Source of the DNA: Planctomycetota bacterium
Lineage (GTDB): Bacteria > Planctomycetota > PLA2 > JAEUHO01
NCBI GenBank assembly: GCA_050248855.1
Contig: JBFWRP010000016.1
Coordinates: 1 to 64,000, forward strand
Length of the DNA: 64,000 nt
Reading direction: 5' to 3'
Position 1 is the first letter of the stretch, and each line of letters opens with the position of its first letter. Below the pieces are notes generated by a model that saw only the letters and a program-made list of their open reading frames with translations, was not told where the DNA came from and did not search any database. The position numbers and the translations under genes were made by a program. Below, one piece after another: positions 1 to 10,710 of the stretch.

Positions 1-585
1 GTGAGGGGTGCAGGGGGGACCGTGAGGGGTGCAGGGGGGACCGTGAGGGGTGCAGGGGGGGTACGGAATAGCCCCCCTGCTGCGCAGGCGAAGCCGGAGC
101 ACCGAATCCGCGCGGTAGCGCGGAACAACTGCTCTGCGGCGCTCCGAGCAAGTCTCCCCTTGCGCGGGCGAAAGATGGCGGAACGGCATAGCCCCCCTGC
201 TGCGCAGGCGAAGCCGGAGCACCGAATCCGCGCGGTAGCGGGGAACGGTCACCCTTGCGCTCCGCTTGGAGTCGGATCCCGAACTGCGACGTTCGCTCGC
301 CGTCGAACCGCGACCCCTGCGTGTCAGGCACCTTGCCCACGTTGCCGCTGCGCGGCGCCGCGGCAAGGGTCCTGACACATCCGGGTTCGCGAGGCGCGCG
401 ACCCCCGTGAGGGGTGCAGGGGGGCTACGGAACAGCCCCCCTGCCGCGAGGGCATAGCCCGAGCGCCGAGTCCGCGCGGGAGCGCGGAACGAAGTTCAGT
501 CGCGTCGGCTGCACGAGGAGCCGATGCTGGTGCGAGACCGAGCACTCGGCGAGCCGCACGTCCGTACCCCAGGGGTTGAACGGTT
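1..585. repeat. Cluster of modular palindromic REP-like repeats (21-bp tandem unit x3, module A x3, module B, module D)
   Basis: GTGAGGGGTGCAGGGGGGACC in tandem at 1-60. Module A (TACGGAATAGCCCCCCTGCTGCG..CCGAATCCGCGCGGTAGCGCGGAAC) at about 43-126, 181-246 and 407-491. Module B (GTGTCAGGCACCTTGCCCAC..GGTCCTGACAC) at about 312-390. The same modules recur at 15.9-16.4 kb and 46.5-47.0 kb. Confidence 0.9.
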
Positions 586-599
586 ACGCGTGCGGAGGC

Positions 600-1109
600 T
601 TACGTGCGGCGCCCGAACACGGCCGGACGGCCCAGGCGCTCCAGCCAGCGGCGCTCCGCGGAGCGCATGCGGCGGCGGGCAGCCGGGTCGTGGTCGTCGT
701 GGCCGAGCAGGTGGAGGACGCCATGGACGGCGTAGAGCGCCAGCTCGTCCGCCGGGTCGTGGCCCCGCTCGGCGGCCTCACGACGGGCCGTCTCGACCGA
801 CAGCATCAGCTCGGCCTCCAGCGCCGGCGCCTGGCCCCACGGGAACGTGATCACGTCCGTCGCCCAGTCGTGGCCGAGCATCCGCGCATTGACCTCGCGA
901 ATCGTGGCGTCGTCCACCAGGACGAACGCCAGCACCACGGGGCGGCCCGAGGTGCGGGACGCCTCGGCACCCAGCGCCTCGAGGAAGGCGGTGAGAGCGG
1001 GGCGCCCGCCGGGCACGCGGACATCGCGCACATCCACCTGCACCTCGACCGGCGGCGCCTCACCGGGCGGGGTCGTGCGTCGCGGCGAGCGCCTTCCGGC
1101 TTGGGTCAT
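600..1109 (-). CDS. ybeY: rRNA maturation endoribonuclease YbeY
   Basis: ATDVITFP and HGVLHLLGHDDH zinc-binding motif; overlaps the phoH stop. Confidence 0.93.
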   Translation of the reverse strand: MTQAGRRSPRRTTPPGEAPPVEVQVDVRDVRVPGGRPALTAFLEALGAEASRTSGRPVVLAFVLVDDATIREVNARMLGHDWATDVITFPWGQAPALEAELMLSVETARREAAERGHDPADELALYAVHGVLHLLGHDDHDPAARRRMRSAERRWLERLGRPAVFGRRT

Positions 1110-2173
1110 GAGCCGCGACGCGGGGGCGGCGGGCCATCGGCCGCGCGTCGCTCGGTCTCGACCTCGTAGGCGTCCACGATGCGTTGCACGAGGGGATGGC
1201 GCAGGATGTCGTGCGGGGAGAAACGCACCACCGAGAGCCCGCGCACGCCTTCGAGGATGCGCACGGCCTCCACGAGACCGCTCGGCGAACCGTCGGGCAG
1301 GTCCACCTGCGTGACGTCGCCCGTGACGACGATGCGCGAACCTTCGCCCATGCGTGTCAGGAACATCTTCATCTGGGCGGGCGTCGTGTTCTGCGCCTCG
1401 TCCAGGATGATGAACGCCTGCTTGAGCGTGCGGCCTCGCATGTACGCGAGCGGCACGATCTCGATCACGTCGGTGGCCAGCAGCCGCTGCACCTCGCCGT
1501 AGGTGAGCAGGTCGCCGAGCGCGTCGTAGAGCGGGCGCAGGTACGGGTTGATCTTGGCGTGGAAGTCGCCCGGAAGGAACCCGAGCTTCTCGCCGGCCTC
1601 CACCGCGGGGCGCGTGAGCACGATCTTGTGCGTGAGGCCGCTGCGCAGGGCCTCGACGGCCTGCACGACCGCGAGGAACGTCTTGCCCGTGCCGGCAGGG
1701 CCGACGGCGAACACGACGTCGTACTCCTCCATGGCGCGTACGTAGACCTCTTGGCCCGGCGTGCGCGGCTGCGGCGCGCCCGGGACGGGAGGGCCGCTTC
1801 GCGTGGGTCGAGGGAGCGGCGCAGACGTGGCGGCCCGCGGCGGCGTCGGACCCCGTCCCGCGGCGCGCGCGCGCGACCCGGGGCGCGGGGGGCGTCCGCC
1901 CGGCACCTTCTGCGAGCCGGGGCCGAGCAGCAGCTCCTCGACCTCTTCGGTCGGTGGCTCGAAGCCGGGCCGGATGCGCTGCATCACGTCGCGCACACGG
2001 CGCGCGACTTCCTCCACCGCGCCGGCATCGTCGCCGTCGACGGTAAGCGTGCCTTGACGTGCGCTCACGCGCACGCCGTAGCGCTCGCGCAGCGCGCGCA
2101 AGTGGCGGTCCATGGGACCGAACAGCACGCGCTGGGCGGACTCGTCGGCGTCGTGGATGCGTTCACGGGGCAT
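1106..2173 (-). CDS. phoH: PhoH-family ATPase (YbeZ-like)
   Basis: GPAGTGKT Walker A, RPAVEAGEKLGFLPGD, AYMRGRTL, DEAQN, RHPLV. Confidence 0.95.
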   Translation of the reverse strand: MPRERIHDADESAQRVLFGPMDRHLRALRERYGVRVSARQGTLTVDGDDAGAVEEVARRVRDVMQRIRPGFEPPTEEVEELLLGPGSQKVPGGRPPRPGSRARAAGRGPTPPRAATSAPLPRPTRSGPPVPGAPQPRTPGQEVYVRAMEEYDVVFAVGPAGTGKTFLAVVQAVEALRSGLTHKIVLTRPAVEAGEKLGFLPGDFHAKINPYLRPLYDALGDLLTYGEVQRLLATDVIEIVPLAYMRGRTLKQAFIILDEAQNTTPAQMKMFLTRMGEGSRIVVTGDVTQVDLPDGSPSGLVEAVRILEGVRGLSVVRFSPHDILRHPLVQRIVDAYEVETERRAADGPPPPRRGS

Positions 2174-2212
2174 GGCCGGGAGGATACCCGCGGGGGCCCC
2201 GGCGCCCCGCCC

Positions 2213-3091
2213 TCAGGCGATCCAGCGGTAGAAAGCCCAGGCCACGGGGCCCGCGAGCAGCAGGCTGTCGGCCATGTCCATCAGGCCGCCCATGTGCGGG
2301 ATCAGGCGGCTCGAGTCCTTGGCGCCCGCCCGTCGCTTCCAGCCGCTCTGCGTGACGCCCGCGAGGATCGAAGCGGCAGCCACGAGGACGCCGAAGCCGA
2401 TGCGCATCCCGATCGACCACGACTGCTCGGGCGCCAGGTCGAGCAGCGCGGGCAGGAACACGGCGACGAGCACGCTGGCCAGGATGCCGCCCGCCGTGCC
2501 CTCCCAGGTCTTGCCGGGCGACACGCGCGGGATCATGCGGTGGCGGCCGATGGCCTTGCCCACGACCCACCCACCGATGTCGCTGGCCTTGGCCACGAGC
2601 ACGAACAGCACGAGGCGGCGCGCGCCGTCCGGACCGTCGGCCAGCTCGCGCGTGAACGAAAGGAGGAAGCCGATGTAGAGCCACGGCAGGTAGGACGCGA
2701 CGATCGCGCCGACGGCCTCGGGCCTCACGTCCTTGAGCCGCGTGACCAACGGCAACACGATGCCGACGGCCACGAGCAAGGTGCGCACGAGGTGGCGATC
2801 GGCCGCGCCGTCGGGGGCGAGGAGGCCCACGCCGGCCAGGGCGCCGGAGAGCAACGCCGCGGGGAGCGCGGACAGGGGGCGCTCCGGGGAACGGAGCAGG
2901 CGCACAAGCTCGACCGCTGCGCCCGCGCCGACCAGGGCCAACAGGGCGTCCGACCAGCGCGCGTCGCCGCTGTGCTCGTGGAGCCAGAGAATGCCGAGCA
3001 CTGCGCCCAGGACGAGCGGCGCGACGAGGAGGCGCACGGCGACGTCCGAGCTCGCCCGCGACGCGGGCGGGGGGGCGGACGGCGAGCTCAC
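2213..3091 (-). CDS. cdsA: Phosphatidate cytidylyltransferase
   Basis: Polytopic membrane protein with SPGKTWEG and KRRAGAKDSSRLIPHMGGLMD; follows uppS. Confidence 0.9.
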   Translation of the reverse strand: MSSPSAPPPASRASSDVAVRLLVAPLVLGAVLGILWLHEHSGDARWSDALLALVGAGAAVELVRLLRSPERPLSALPAALLSGALAGVGLLAPDGAADRHLVRTLLVAVGIVLPLVTRLKDVRPEAVGAIVASYLPWLYIGFLLSFTRELADGPDGARRLVLFVLVAKASDIGGWVVGKAIGRHRMIPRVSPGKTWEGTAGGILASVLVAVFLPALLDLAPEQSWSIGMRIGFGVLVAAASILAGVTQSGWKRRAGAKDSSRLIPHMGGLMDMADSLLLAGPVAWAFYRWIA

Positions 3092-3969
3092 CGCTGCAGC
3101 AGACCGCCGAAGCTGCGCGTGCGGGTGGTGTAGTCCTGGAGCGCGCGGTCGAAGTCGTCTTCACGGAACTCGGGCCACGCCACGTCGGTGACGTGCAGCT
3201 CGCCGTAGGACATCTGCCACAGGAGGAAGTTGCTGAGGCGCTGCTCGCCAGCGGTGCGCACGAGCAGGTCGACGTCGGGCATGTCGGGCTGGTACAGCCG
3301 CGCGCCGAGCGCCGCTTCGAGGCCGGCTTCGTCGAGCGCCGCCAGGTCGATGCGACCCGCCGCGGCGTCCTCGGCCAGCCGCTTGGCCGCGTCGGCCAGC
3401 TCGAGGCGCGCGCCGTAGTTGAGCGCCAGGCACAGCGTGGTGCCGGCGTTGGCGGCGGTCAGCTCCTGCGTGCGGGCGAGGGCCCGCTGGACCTCGCGCG
3501 GCAAGCCCTCGATGCGACCGACGGAGCGCAGCCGGATGTCGTTCTCCATGAGCTCCTTGCGCTCGTCCACGAGGAACTTGCGCAGCAGGTGCATGAGGAA
3601 CGCGATCTCGCTCTTGGGTCGCTTCCAGTTCTCGGTGCTGAAGGCGAACAGCGTGAGCTGTTTGAGACCCAGTGCCGCGGCGCGTCGCGTGACGGCGCGC
3701 ACGCTCTCGATGCCGTGCTCGTGGCCGCGGATGCGCGCCAAGCCGCGCGCCTGCGCCCAGCGACCGTTGCCGTCCATGATGATCGCGACGTGGCGAGGGA
3801 CGACGTGGCGGGGGACGGCGGAGCCCGGGGCGGCACCCGCGCGGGCCGCGGGCGTGGCGTCTACGGCCTTCGGGTCGGTGGCGTGTGCCGCCGCTTCGGG
3901 AGCGCGAGCCGCCGACGGCGGAGCGCTCTCGCCAGCACGCGGCGAAGCAGCGGCATCTGCGTCCCGCAT
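3088..3969 (-). CDS. uppS: Isoprenyl transferase (undecaprenyl diphosphate synthase)
   Basis: PRHVAIIMDGNGRWA, FSTENWKRP, RTAGEQRLSNFLLWQ; start placed at ATG 3969 inside the longer track ORF. Confidence 0.95.
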   Translation of the reverse strand: MRDADAAASPRAGESAPPSAARAPEAAAHATDPKAVDATPAARAGAAPGSAVPRHVVPRHVAIIMDGNGRWAQARGLARIRGHEHGIESVRAVTRRAAALGLKQLTLFAFSTENWKRPKSEIAFLMHLLRKFLVDERKELMENDIRLRSVGRIEGLPREVQRALARTQELTAANAGTTLCLALNYGARLELADAAKRLAEDAAAGRIDLAALDEAGLEAALGARLYQPDMPDVDLLVRTAGEQRLSNFLLWQMSYGELHVTDVAWPEFREDDFDRALQDYTTRTRSFGGLLQR

Positions 3970-4064
3970 CGTGCGCCGGCCTCGCAAGCAGCTCCTCCCC
4001 GCACCCGACGCCCAAGGGCGGTGCGCCGGGCGAAGCGTATCACCACCCACGTACGTGTCCTCGG

Positions 4065-5360
4065 TCAGGAGACCCCGACGAGGCGGCCCCCCATGGCGAT
4101 GAAGCGGTCGCGCTGCGGCCCGACGCTGATCATCTCGACCGGCGCATCCATCAGCGCCTCCAGGGATCGGACGTAGCGCTGGGCGGCGACCGGCAGGTCC
4201 TCGAAGCGACGGACGCCCGAGATGTCCTTGCTCCAGCCGGCGTGGACTTCGTAGACCGGCGTGCAGCGCTCCCAGTCCGGCGCATAGGCCGGGGGCGCGA
4301 CGACACGGTGACCGTCCAGCTCGTAGGCGACGCAGACGCGGATCTCGTCCAGGCCGGACAACACGTCGAGCTTGGTCAGCGCCACGCCGTCCACGCCCGA
4401 GGTGCGTGCGGCGCGGCGGGCCACGACGCCGTCGAACCACCCGCAGTCGCGCCGCCGGCCCGTGGTGGCGCCGAACTCGTTGCCGAGCTTGCCCAGGTGC
4501 TGGCCCGCCGGTCCGGTATCGCGCGTGGGGAAGGGGCCCGCGCCGACGCGCGTGCTGTAGGCCTTGACGACGCCGACGACGCGATCCAGCGACTTGGGCG
4601 GCATGCCCGTCCCGGCAAAGACGCCCGCGGGCGTCGTGCTGCTGGACGTGACGTAGGGGTAGCTGCCGTGGTCGACGTCCAGGGCGAAGCCCTGGGCGCC
4701 CTCCAGGAGGATGTTGCGGCCGGACTGCCAGGCCTCGAGCAGCACGTCGGCCGTATCCGCCACGTACGGACGCAGGCGCTCGGCCACCTCGCCGACCTCC
4801 TCGACGGCCTCGGCTGGGTCGATCGCGGGCATGCCCGCGCGGTCGAGAATGGCGTTCCAAGCGAGGATGTTGGCCTCGAGCGTGGCCGCGACGTCGGCGG
4901 GATGCAGGATGTCGGCCACGCGCATGCCGGCGCGGCGCACCTTGTCGGCGTACGTCGGACCGATGCCCCGGCTCGTGGTGCCCAGCGGCCGATCGCCGCG
5001 CAGGGCCTCGAGGGCCTCGTCCATGCGCTTGTGGTGGGGCAGCACGACGTGCGCCCGGTCGGACAGGAGCAGACGTCCCGAGAGGTCGATGCCGCGCGCC
5101 TCGAGCCCGTCGATCTCGCGGACCAGGGTCCACGGGTCCACGACCACGCCGTTGCCGATGACGTTGAGCGTGCCGTCCTGGACCACGCCCGACGGCAGCA
5201 GGTGGAGGACGTACTTCTCCTCCCCCACGATCACGGTATGACCCGCGTTCGCGCCGCCCTGGAAGCGCACGACGATGTCGGAGTCGGACGCGAGCAGGTC
5301 GACGATCCGGCCCTTGCCTTCGTCGCCCCACTGCATGCCGAACACGGCGGTGACGGGCAT
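4065..5360 (-). CDS. purA: Adenylosuccinate synthetase
   Basis: QWGDEGKG, RFQGGANAGHT, EGAQG, EFGATTGRRR. Confidence 0.97.
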   Translation of the reverse strand: MPVTAVFGMQWGDEGKGRIVDLLASDSDIVVRFQGGANAGHTVIVGEEKYVLHLLPSGVVQDGTLNVIGNGVVVDPWTLVREIDGLEARGIDLSGRLLLSDRAHVVLPHHKRMDEALEALRGDRPLGTTSRGIGPTYADKVRRAGMRVADILHPADVAATLEANILAWNAILDRAGMPAIDPAEAVEEVGEVAERLRPYVADTADVLLEAWQSGRNILLEGAQGFALDVDHGSYPYVTSSSTTPAGVFAGTGMPPKSLDRVVGVVKAYSTRVGAGPFPTRDTGPAGQHLGKLGNEFGATTGRRRDCGWFDGVVARRAARTSGVDGVALTKLDVLSGLDEIRVCVAYELDGHRVVAPPAYAPDWERCTPVYEVHAGWSKDISGVRRFEDLPVAAQRYVRSLEALMDAPVEMISVGPQRDRFIAMGGRLVGVS

Positions 5361-5474
5361 GGGGACTCCCGGGAAACGGGAAAGGGTACCCCGGCCGGGC
5401 CGGCGTGCAGCCCCTGGCGTCTTCGGGGGGCGGCTCGCCGAGCGCTCGCCGGTGCCGGCGGGCAGGGGGGTCCC

Positions 5475-6641
<1,167 letters not shown>

Positions 6642-6683
6642 GGCGCGGAAGGTAGCAGGGGGGCCCCCGCCGGGAGGCCTCGG

Positions 6684-7478
6684 TCAGGGAGCGTCGGGGC
6701 CCGCGGCCGCGGCCCGGTTGACCAGCGCCGCCAGATAGCCCGCGCCGAAGCCGTTGTCGACGTTGACCACCGAGACGCCCGGCGCGCAGGCGTTGAGCAT
6801 GGTGAGCAGCGGCGCCACGCCGTCGAGCGAGAGGCCGTACCCGACGCTGGTGGGGACGGCGATCACGGGCACGCCCACGAGCCCCCCCACGACGGAGGGC
6901 AGCGCGCCGTCCATGCCCGCGGCCACGACGATGGCGCGCGCGCGGCGGAGCGTCTCGACCTCGCCGAGGATGCGATGCAGGCCCGCCACGCCGACGTCGT
7001 AGCGCGTCTCGACCTCCTCACCCATCGCCCAGGCGGTGACACGGGCCTCCTCGGCCACGGGCACGTCGCCCGTGCCGGCGCACAGCACGAGGACGCCGGG
7101 GCGGCGACGGGCCGGCGGGTCGCGCAGCACGCTCACCGCGCGGGCCCGCTCGTGGTGCTCGGCGTCGGGGAAGGCGGCCAGCAACGCCTCGGCGCGCGGC
7201 GCGTCCACGCGCGTCACGAGCAGCGTCGACGAGCGCTCCAGGATCGCGGACGCGATCCGTACCAGGTCCGCGGGCGTCTTGCTGCTGCCGAGCACGACCT
7301 CGGGGAAGCCACACCGCAGCGCCCGGTGGTGGTCGAGGTGGGCCACGCCCGCGAGATGGGGGTCGCGGGACGCGGTGTTCGTGGGGAGCACGGCACCGAG
7401 CCGCGCCGCCGCCTCGGTCACGGGCACGTGGCCCTCGCGGACCGCCTCCAGCAGGGCTTCCAGGGCGGCGCGCTCCAT
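6684..7478 (-). CDS. larB: Nickel-pincer cofactor biosynthesis protein LarB (PurE-like)
   Basis: DHHRALRCGFPEVV, AGTGDVPVAEEA, DVGVAGLHR, VPTSVGYG, VNVDNGFGAG. Confidence 0.9.
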   Translation of the reverse strand: MERAALEALLEAVREGHVPVTEAAARLGAVLPTNTASRDPHLAGVAHLDHHRALRCGFPEVVLGSSKTPADLVRIASAILERSSTLLVTRVDAPRAEALLAAFPDAEHHERARAVSVLRDPPARRRPGVLVLCAGTGDVPVAEEARVTAWAMGEEVETRYDVGVAGLHRILGEVETLRRARAIVVAAGMDGALPSVVGGLVGVPVIAVPTSVGYGLSLDGVAPLLTMLNACAPGVSVVNVDNGFGAGYLAALVNRAAAAGPDAP

Positions 7479-7585
7479 GCCGTGGAGACTACCCACCCGC
7501 CCCTGCCTTCCAATCCATGAACACACCATGAAGAGCAGCCCCCGCGGGGGTGCGGCGGACGCGTCCGGCCCCGACAATCCGGCCC

Positions 7586-9721
7586 ATGGACGAGCCCGTG
7601 GCCGACGCGCCCGCCCCCTCGAAGGCCCCGCTGCCGCCCGCGCCCGTGGCCCGGGCCCCGGACGAGCTGTTCCTCAACCGCGAGGCCAGCCTGCTGGAGT
7701 TCAACCGGCGGGTGCTCGCGCAGGCGCTGGACCCGGCGGTCCCGCTGCTCGAGCGGCTGCGCTTCCTGGCGATCTCGTGCTCGAACCTGGACGAGTTCTT
7801 CGAGATCCGCGTGGCGGGGCTGAAGCAGCACCTCCACTACGGGCCCACGCCGCCGGGGATCGACGGCCTGCCGGCGCCCGACGTGCTGCGCCGCGTGTCC
7901 GCGGTGGCCCACGAGCTGGCCGCCGAGCAGACGCGCGTGGCGCGCGACGTCATCCTGCCGGCGCTGGATGCCGAGGGCATCCGCATGCTGCGCCGCGATC
8001 TCTGGAGCGCCGACGAGAAGCGCTGGGCCCGCGACCACTTCAACGACACGATCAAGCCCGTCCTGACGCCGATCGGCCTGGACCCGGCCCATCCGTTCCC
8101 GATGGTCCACAACAAGGGCCTCTGCTTCCTGGTCGAGGTGGAGGGGGAAGACGCCTTCGGGCGGGACGCACGCTTCGCCGTCGTCCAGGTGCCGCGCTCG
8201 CTGCCCCGCGTCATCCCGATTCCGGCCTCGGTCAAGGGCAACAAGGGCCAGCGCTTCGTCCTGCTCTCGTCCGTGATCCACTCGCACCTGGACCTGTTGT
8301 TCCCCGGCATGCGCGTGCTCGGCGGCCACACCTTCCGCATCACCCGCAACAGCGACATGTGGGTGGACGAGGAAGAGGTCGAGAACCTCAAGATCGCGCT
8401 GCAGGGCGAGCTGACGCGCCGCAGCTTCGGCGAGGCCGTGCGCCTCGAGGTGGGCGCGGAGATGCCCGCCGCCGGCTGCGAGCTGCTGCTCGAGAAGGAA
8501 GCCCTGGGGCCCGACGACCTCTACCGCGTCGACGGACCCGTCAACCTGCACCGCCTGGTCGCCCTGCTCGATCTCGTCGACCGCCGCGACCTCAAGTACC
8601 CGCCGTTCGTGCCGGGCAACGCACGGCGCGTGCGCCAGAGCGAGGACCTGTTCGCCACGGTGGCCGCGCGCGACCTGCTGCTGCACCACCCCTACCAGGG
8701 CTTCGGCCCGGTCGTGGAGCTGGTGCGCCAGGCGGCGCGCGACCCCAACGTGCTGGCGATCAAGCAGACGCTGTACCGCACCGACAACGACTCGCCGATC
8801 GTCAAGGCGCTCGTGGATGCCTCGGTCGCGGGCAAGGACGTGACCGTGCTCGTCGAGCTGCGTGCGCGCTTCGACGAGGCCGCCAACATCTCCATGGCCC
8901 AGCGCCTGGAAGAAGTCGGCGCCAACGTCGTGTACGGCATCGTGGGCTACAAGGCCCATGCCAAGATGCTGCTGATCGTACGGCGCGAGGGCAAGAAGCT
9001 CCGCCGCTACGTCCATCTCGGCACCGGCAACTACCACGCAGGCACGGCGCGCGCGTACACCGACCTCGGCTTCCTCACGGCGCGTTCGCGCTTCGGCGAG
9101 GACGTGCAGGCCGTCTTCGACCAGCTCACGGGCGTGGGCAAGACGCCGCGCCTCTACCGCCTCGTACAGAGCCCCTTCACGCTCTACGACAAGGTGATCG
9201 AGAGCATCGCGGCCGAAACGCGCGCCGCACGCCTGGGCAAGAAGGCGCGCATCGAGGCGCGCATGAACAGCCTGAGCGAGGCCAACGTCATCCGCGCGCT
9301 GTACGAAGCCTCGCAGGCCGGTGTGCAGGTGGACCTGGTGATCCGGGGGATCTGCTGCTTGCGTCCTGGCGTGCCGGGCCTCAGCGAGAACATCCGCGTG
9401 CGCTCGGTGATCGGCCGCTTCCTCGAACACGCCCGCGTTTGGTGGTTCCTGGCCGGTGGCCGCGAGCAGGTCTGGCTCACGAGCGCCGACTGGATGTCGC
9501 GCAACCTCCATCGGCGCGTGGAGACGGCCTTCCCGATCCGCACGAAGCGCTTGAAGCAGCGCGTCCGCGAAGAGACGCTCACGTGGCTGCTGGAGGACAA
9601 CTGCCAGGCGTGGCAGCTGCAGCCCGACGGCTCGTACATCCAGGCCCGCCCGAAGGGCGACGAGGCGCGTCGCAGCGCCCAGGAGCGTCTCTTGGCCCGC
9701 TGGGCCGAGCAGGGGGCGTAG
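7586..9721 (+). CDS. ppk1: Polyphosphate kinase 1
   Basis: NREASLLEFNRRVL, SNLDEFFEIRVAGL, LLHHPY, ARFDEAANI, HAKML, GTGNYH, GRFLEH. Confidence 0.97.
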   Translation: MDEPVADAPAPSKAPLPPAPVARAPDELFLNREASLLEFNRRVLAQALDPAVPLLERLRFLAISCSNLDEFFEIRVAGLKQHLHYGPTPPGIDGLPAPDVLRRVSAVAHELAAEQTRVARDVILPALDAEGIRMLRRDLWSADEKRWARDHFNDTIKPVLTPIGLDPAHPFPMVHNKGLCFLVEVEGEDAFGRDARFAVVQVPRSLPRVIPIPASVKGNKGQRFVLLSSVIHSHLDLLFPGMRVLGGHTFRITRNSDMWVDEEEVENLKIALQGELTRRSFGEAVRLEVGAEMPAAGCELLLEKEALGPDDLYRVDGPVNLHRLVALLDLVDRRDLKYPPFVPGNARRVRQSEDLFATVAARDLLLHHPYQGFGPVVELVRQAARDPNVLAIKQTLYRTDNDSPIVKALVDASVAGKDVTVLVELRARFDEAANISMAQRLEEVGANVVYGIVGYKAHAKMLLIVRREGKKLRRYVHLGTGNYHAGTARAYTDLGFLTARSRFGEDVQAVFDQLTGVGKTPRLYRLVQSPFTLYDKVIESIAAETRAARLGKKARIEARMNSLSEANVIRALYEASQAGVQVDLVIRGICCLRPGVPGLSENIRVRSVIGRFLEHARVWWFLAGGREQVWLTSADWMSRNLHRRVETAFPIRTKRLKQRVREETLTWLLEDNCQAWQLQPDGSYIQARPKGDEARRSAQERLLARWAEQGA

Positions 9722-9730
9722 ACTACGGGG

Positions 9731-10432
9731 GTGCCCCACCCCCCCATCGACCTGGAAGCCGAGCTCAAGTCCTTCCGCGGCGAGGTCCGCCTTTTCCCCC
9801 TGCCGGACTTCGTGCTGTTTCCGGATGGGCTGGCCCCGCTCCGCGTCTTCGAGGCGCGCTACATCGCGATGGTCGAAGACGCGTTGGAGGATGACGGGCG
9901 CATCGCCCTGGCGCTCCTCAAGCGCACGGAGCAGGGCGAGATCCCCACGGGCGACGACCCCGCGATCCACCCCGTGGTCACCGTCGGCAAGATCGTGCGC
10001 CACACGCGCACGCCGCAGGGGCACTTCGAGATCCTGCTCTACGGGTTGTTCCGCGCGCGGATCCTGTCGGAGATCCCGCACTCGCCCTACCGCAAGGCAC
10101 GCGTCGCCGTCGAGATCGACCTAGCCGATCCCGAGCAAGCCGAGCGCATCGCCGACCGCATGCGCCGCGCCCTCGATCTCGTTCCGGGCAAGCAGCCGCT
10201 GATCTGGGAGATGCGACGGCTGGCCAACTCGCTGCGGGGTGTCGATGCCGGTGCCGGGCGCTACGCCGATGCCGTGGCCAACGTGAGCGACCTCTCGGCG
10301 CTCGGGCGCTACGAGATCCTCGCCGAGCCCGACGTGTTGGTGCGCTTCGAGCGCCTCATCCAGCGCTTGGAACAGGCCGCCTACGCCGACCAGCCGCTGC
10401 CGCCGCCGGACACGCACCCGCGCTGGAACTGA
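9731..10432 (+). CDS. LON peptidase substrate-binding (N-terminal) domain protein
   Basis: LFPLPDFVLFP..PLRVFEARYIAMV; no AAA+ or protease domain. Confidence 0.85.
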   Translation: MPHPPIDLEAELKSFRGEVRLFPLPDFVLFPDGLAPLRVFEARYIAMVEDALEDDGRIALALLKRTEQGEIPTGDDPAIHPVVTVGKIVRHTRTPQGHFEILLYGLFRARILSEIPHSPYRKARVAVEIDLADPEQAERIADRMRRALDLVPGKQPLIWEMRRLANSLRGVDAGAGRYADAVANVSDLSALGRYEILAEPDVLVRFERLIQRLEQAAYADQPLPPPDTHPRWN

Positions 10433-10710
10433 CGAGAGCTCCACGCGCCGCGAGGGCGCCGCGCCGCGCTACCCCGGCGTAACCCACGGGGCGCGTCGAC
10501 CACGAGGTTCGTGCCGCGATGTGCGGACGATCGGGCTTGGCTCACCTTCGTGCGCGCCGACACGCGACGCATCCGTGTCGTCAGGGGGACGGCTGCGTCG
10601 CCCTCCGTGCGGTACGCAGGTGCTCCACGGCGCCGGGCACCGCGCGTGCGTCCGCCCCTCCTGCCACGCCCGCTCGCAGGCCTCGCGCGACGGACGGCAG
10701 GAGAAGCACG

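Noticed and set aside
1..250. CRISPR-like array (repeats 120 bp apart, 21-bp tandem units)
   Set aside because: No regular repeat-spacer periodicity, modules occur in both orientations, and there are no cas genes
1..545. Short ORFs with repeated peptides (RGAGGTVRGAGG, NSPPAAEAKPEHRIRA), also at 16 kb and 46 kb
   Set aside because: They are translations of the non-coding DNA repeats, with inconsistent starts and stops between copies
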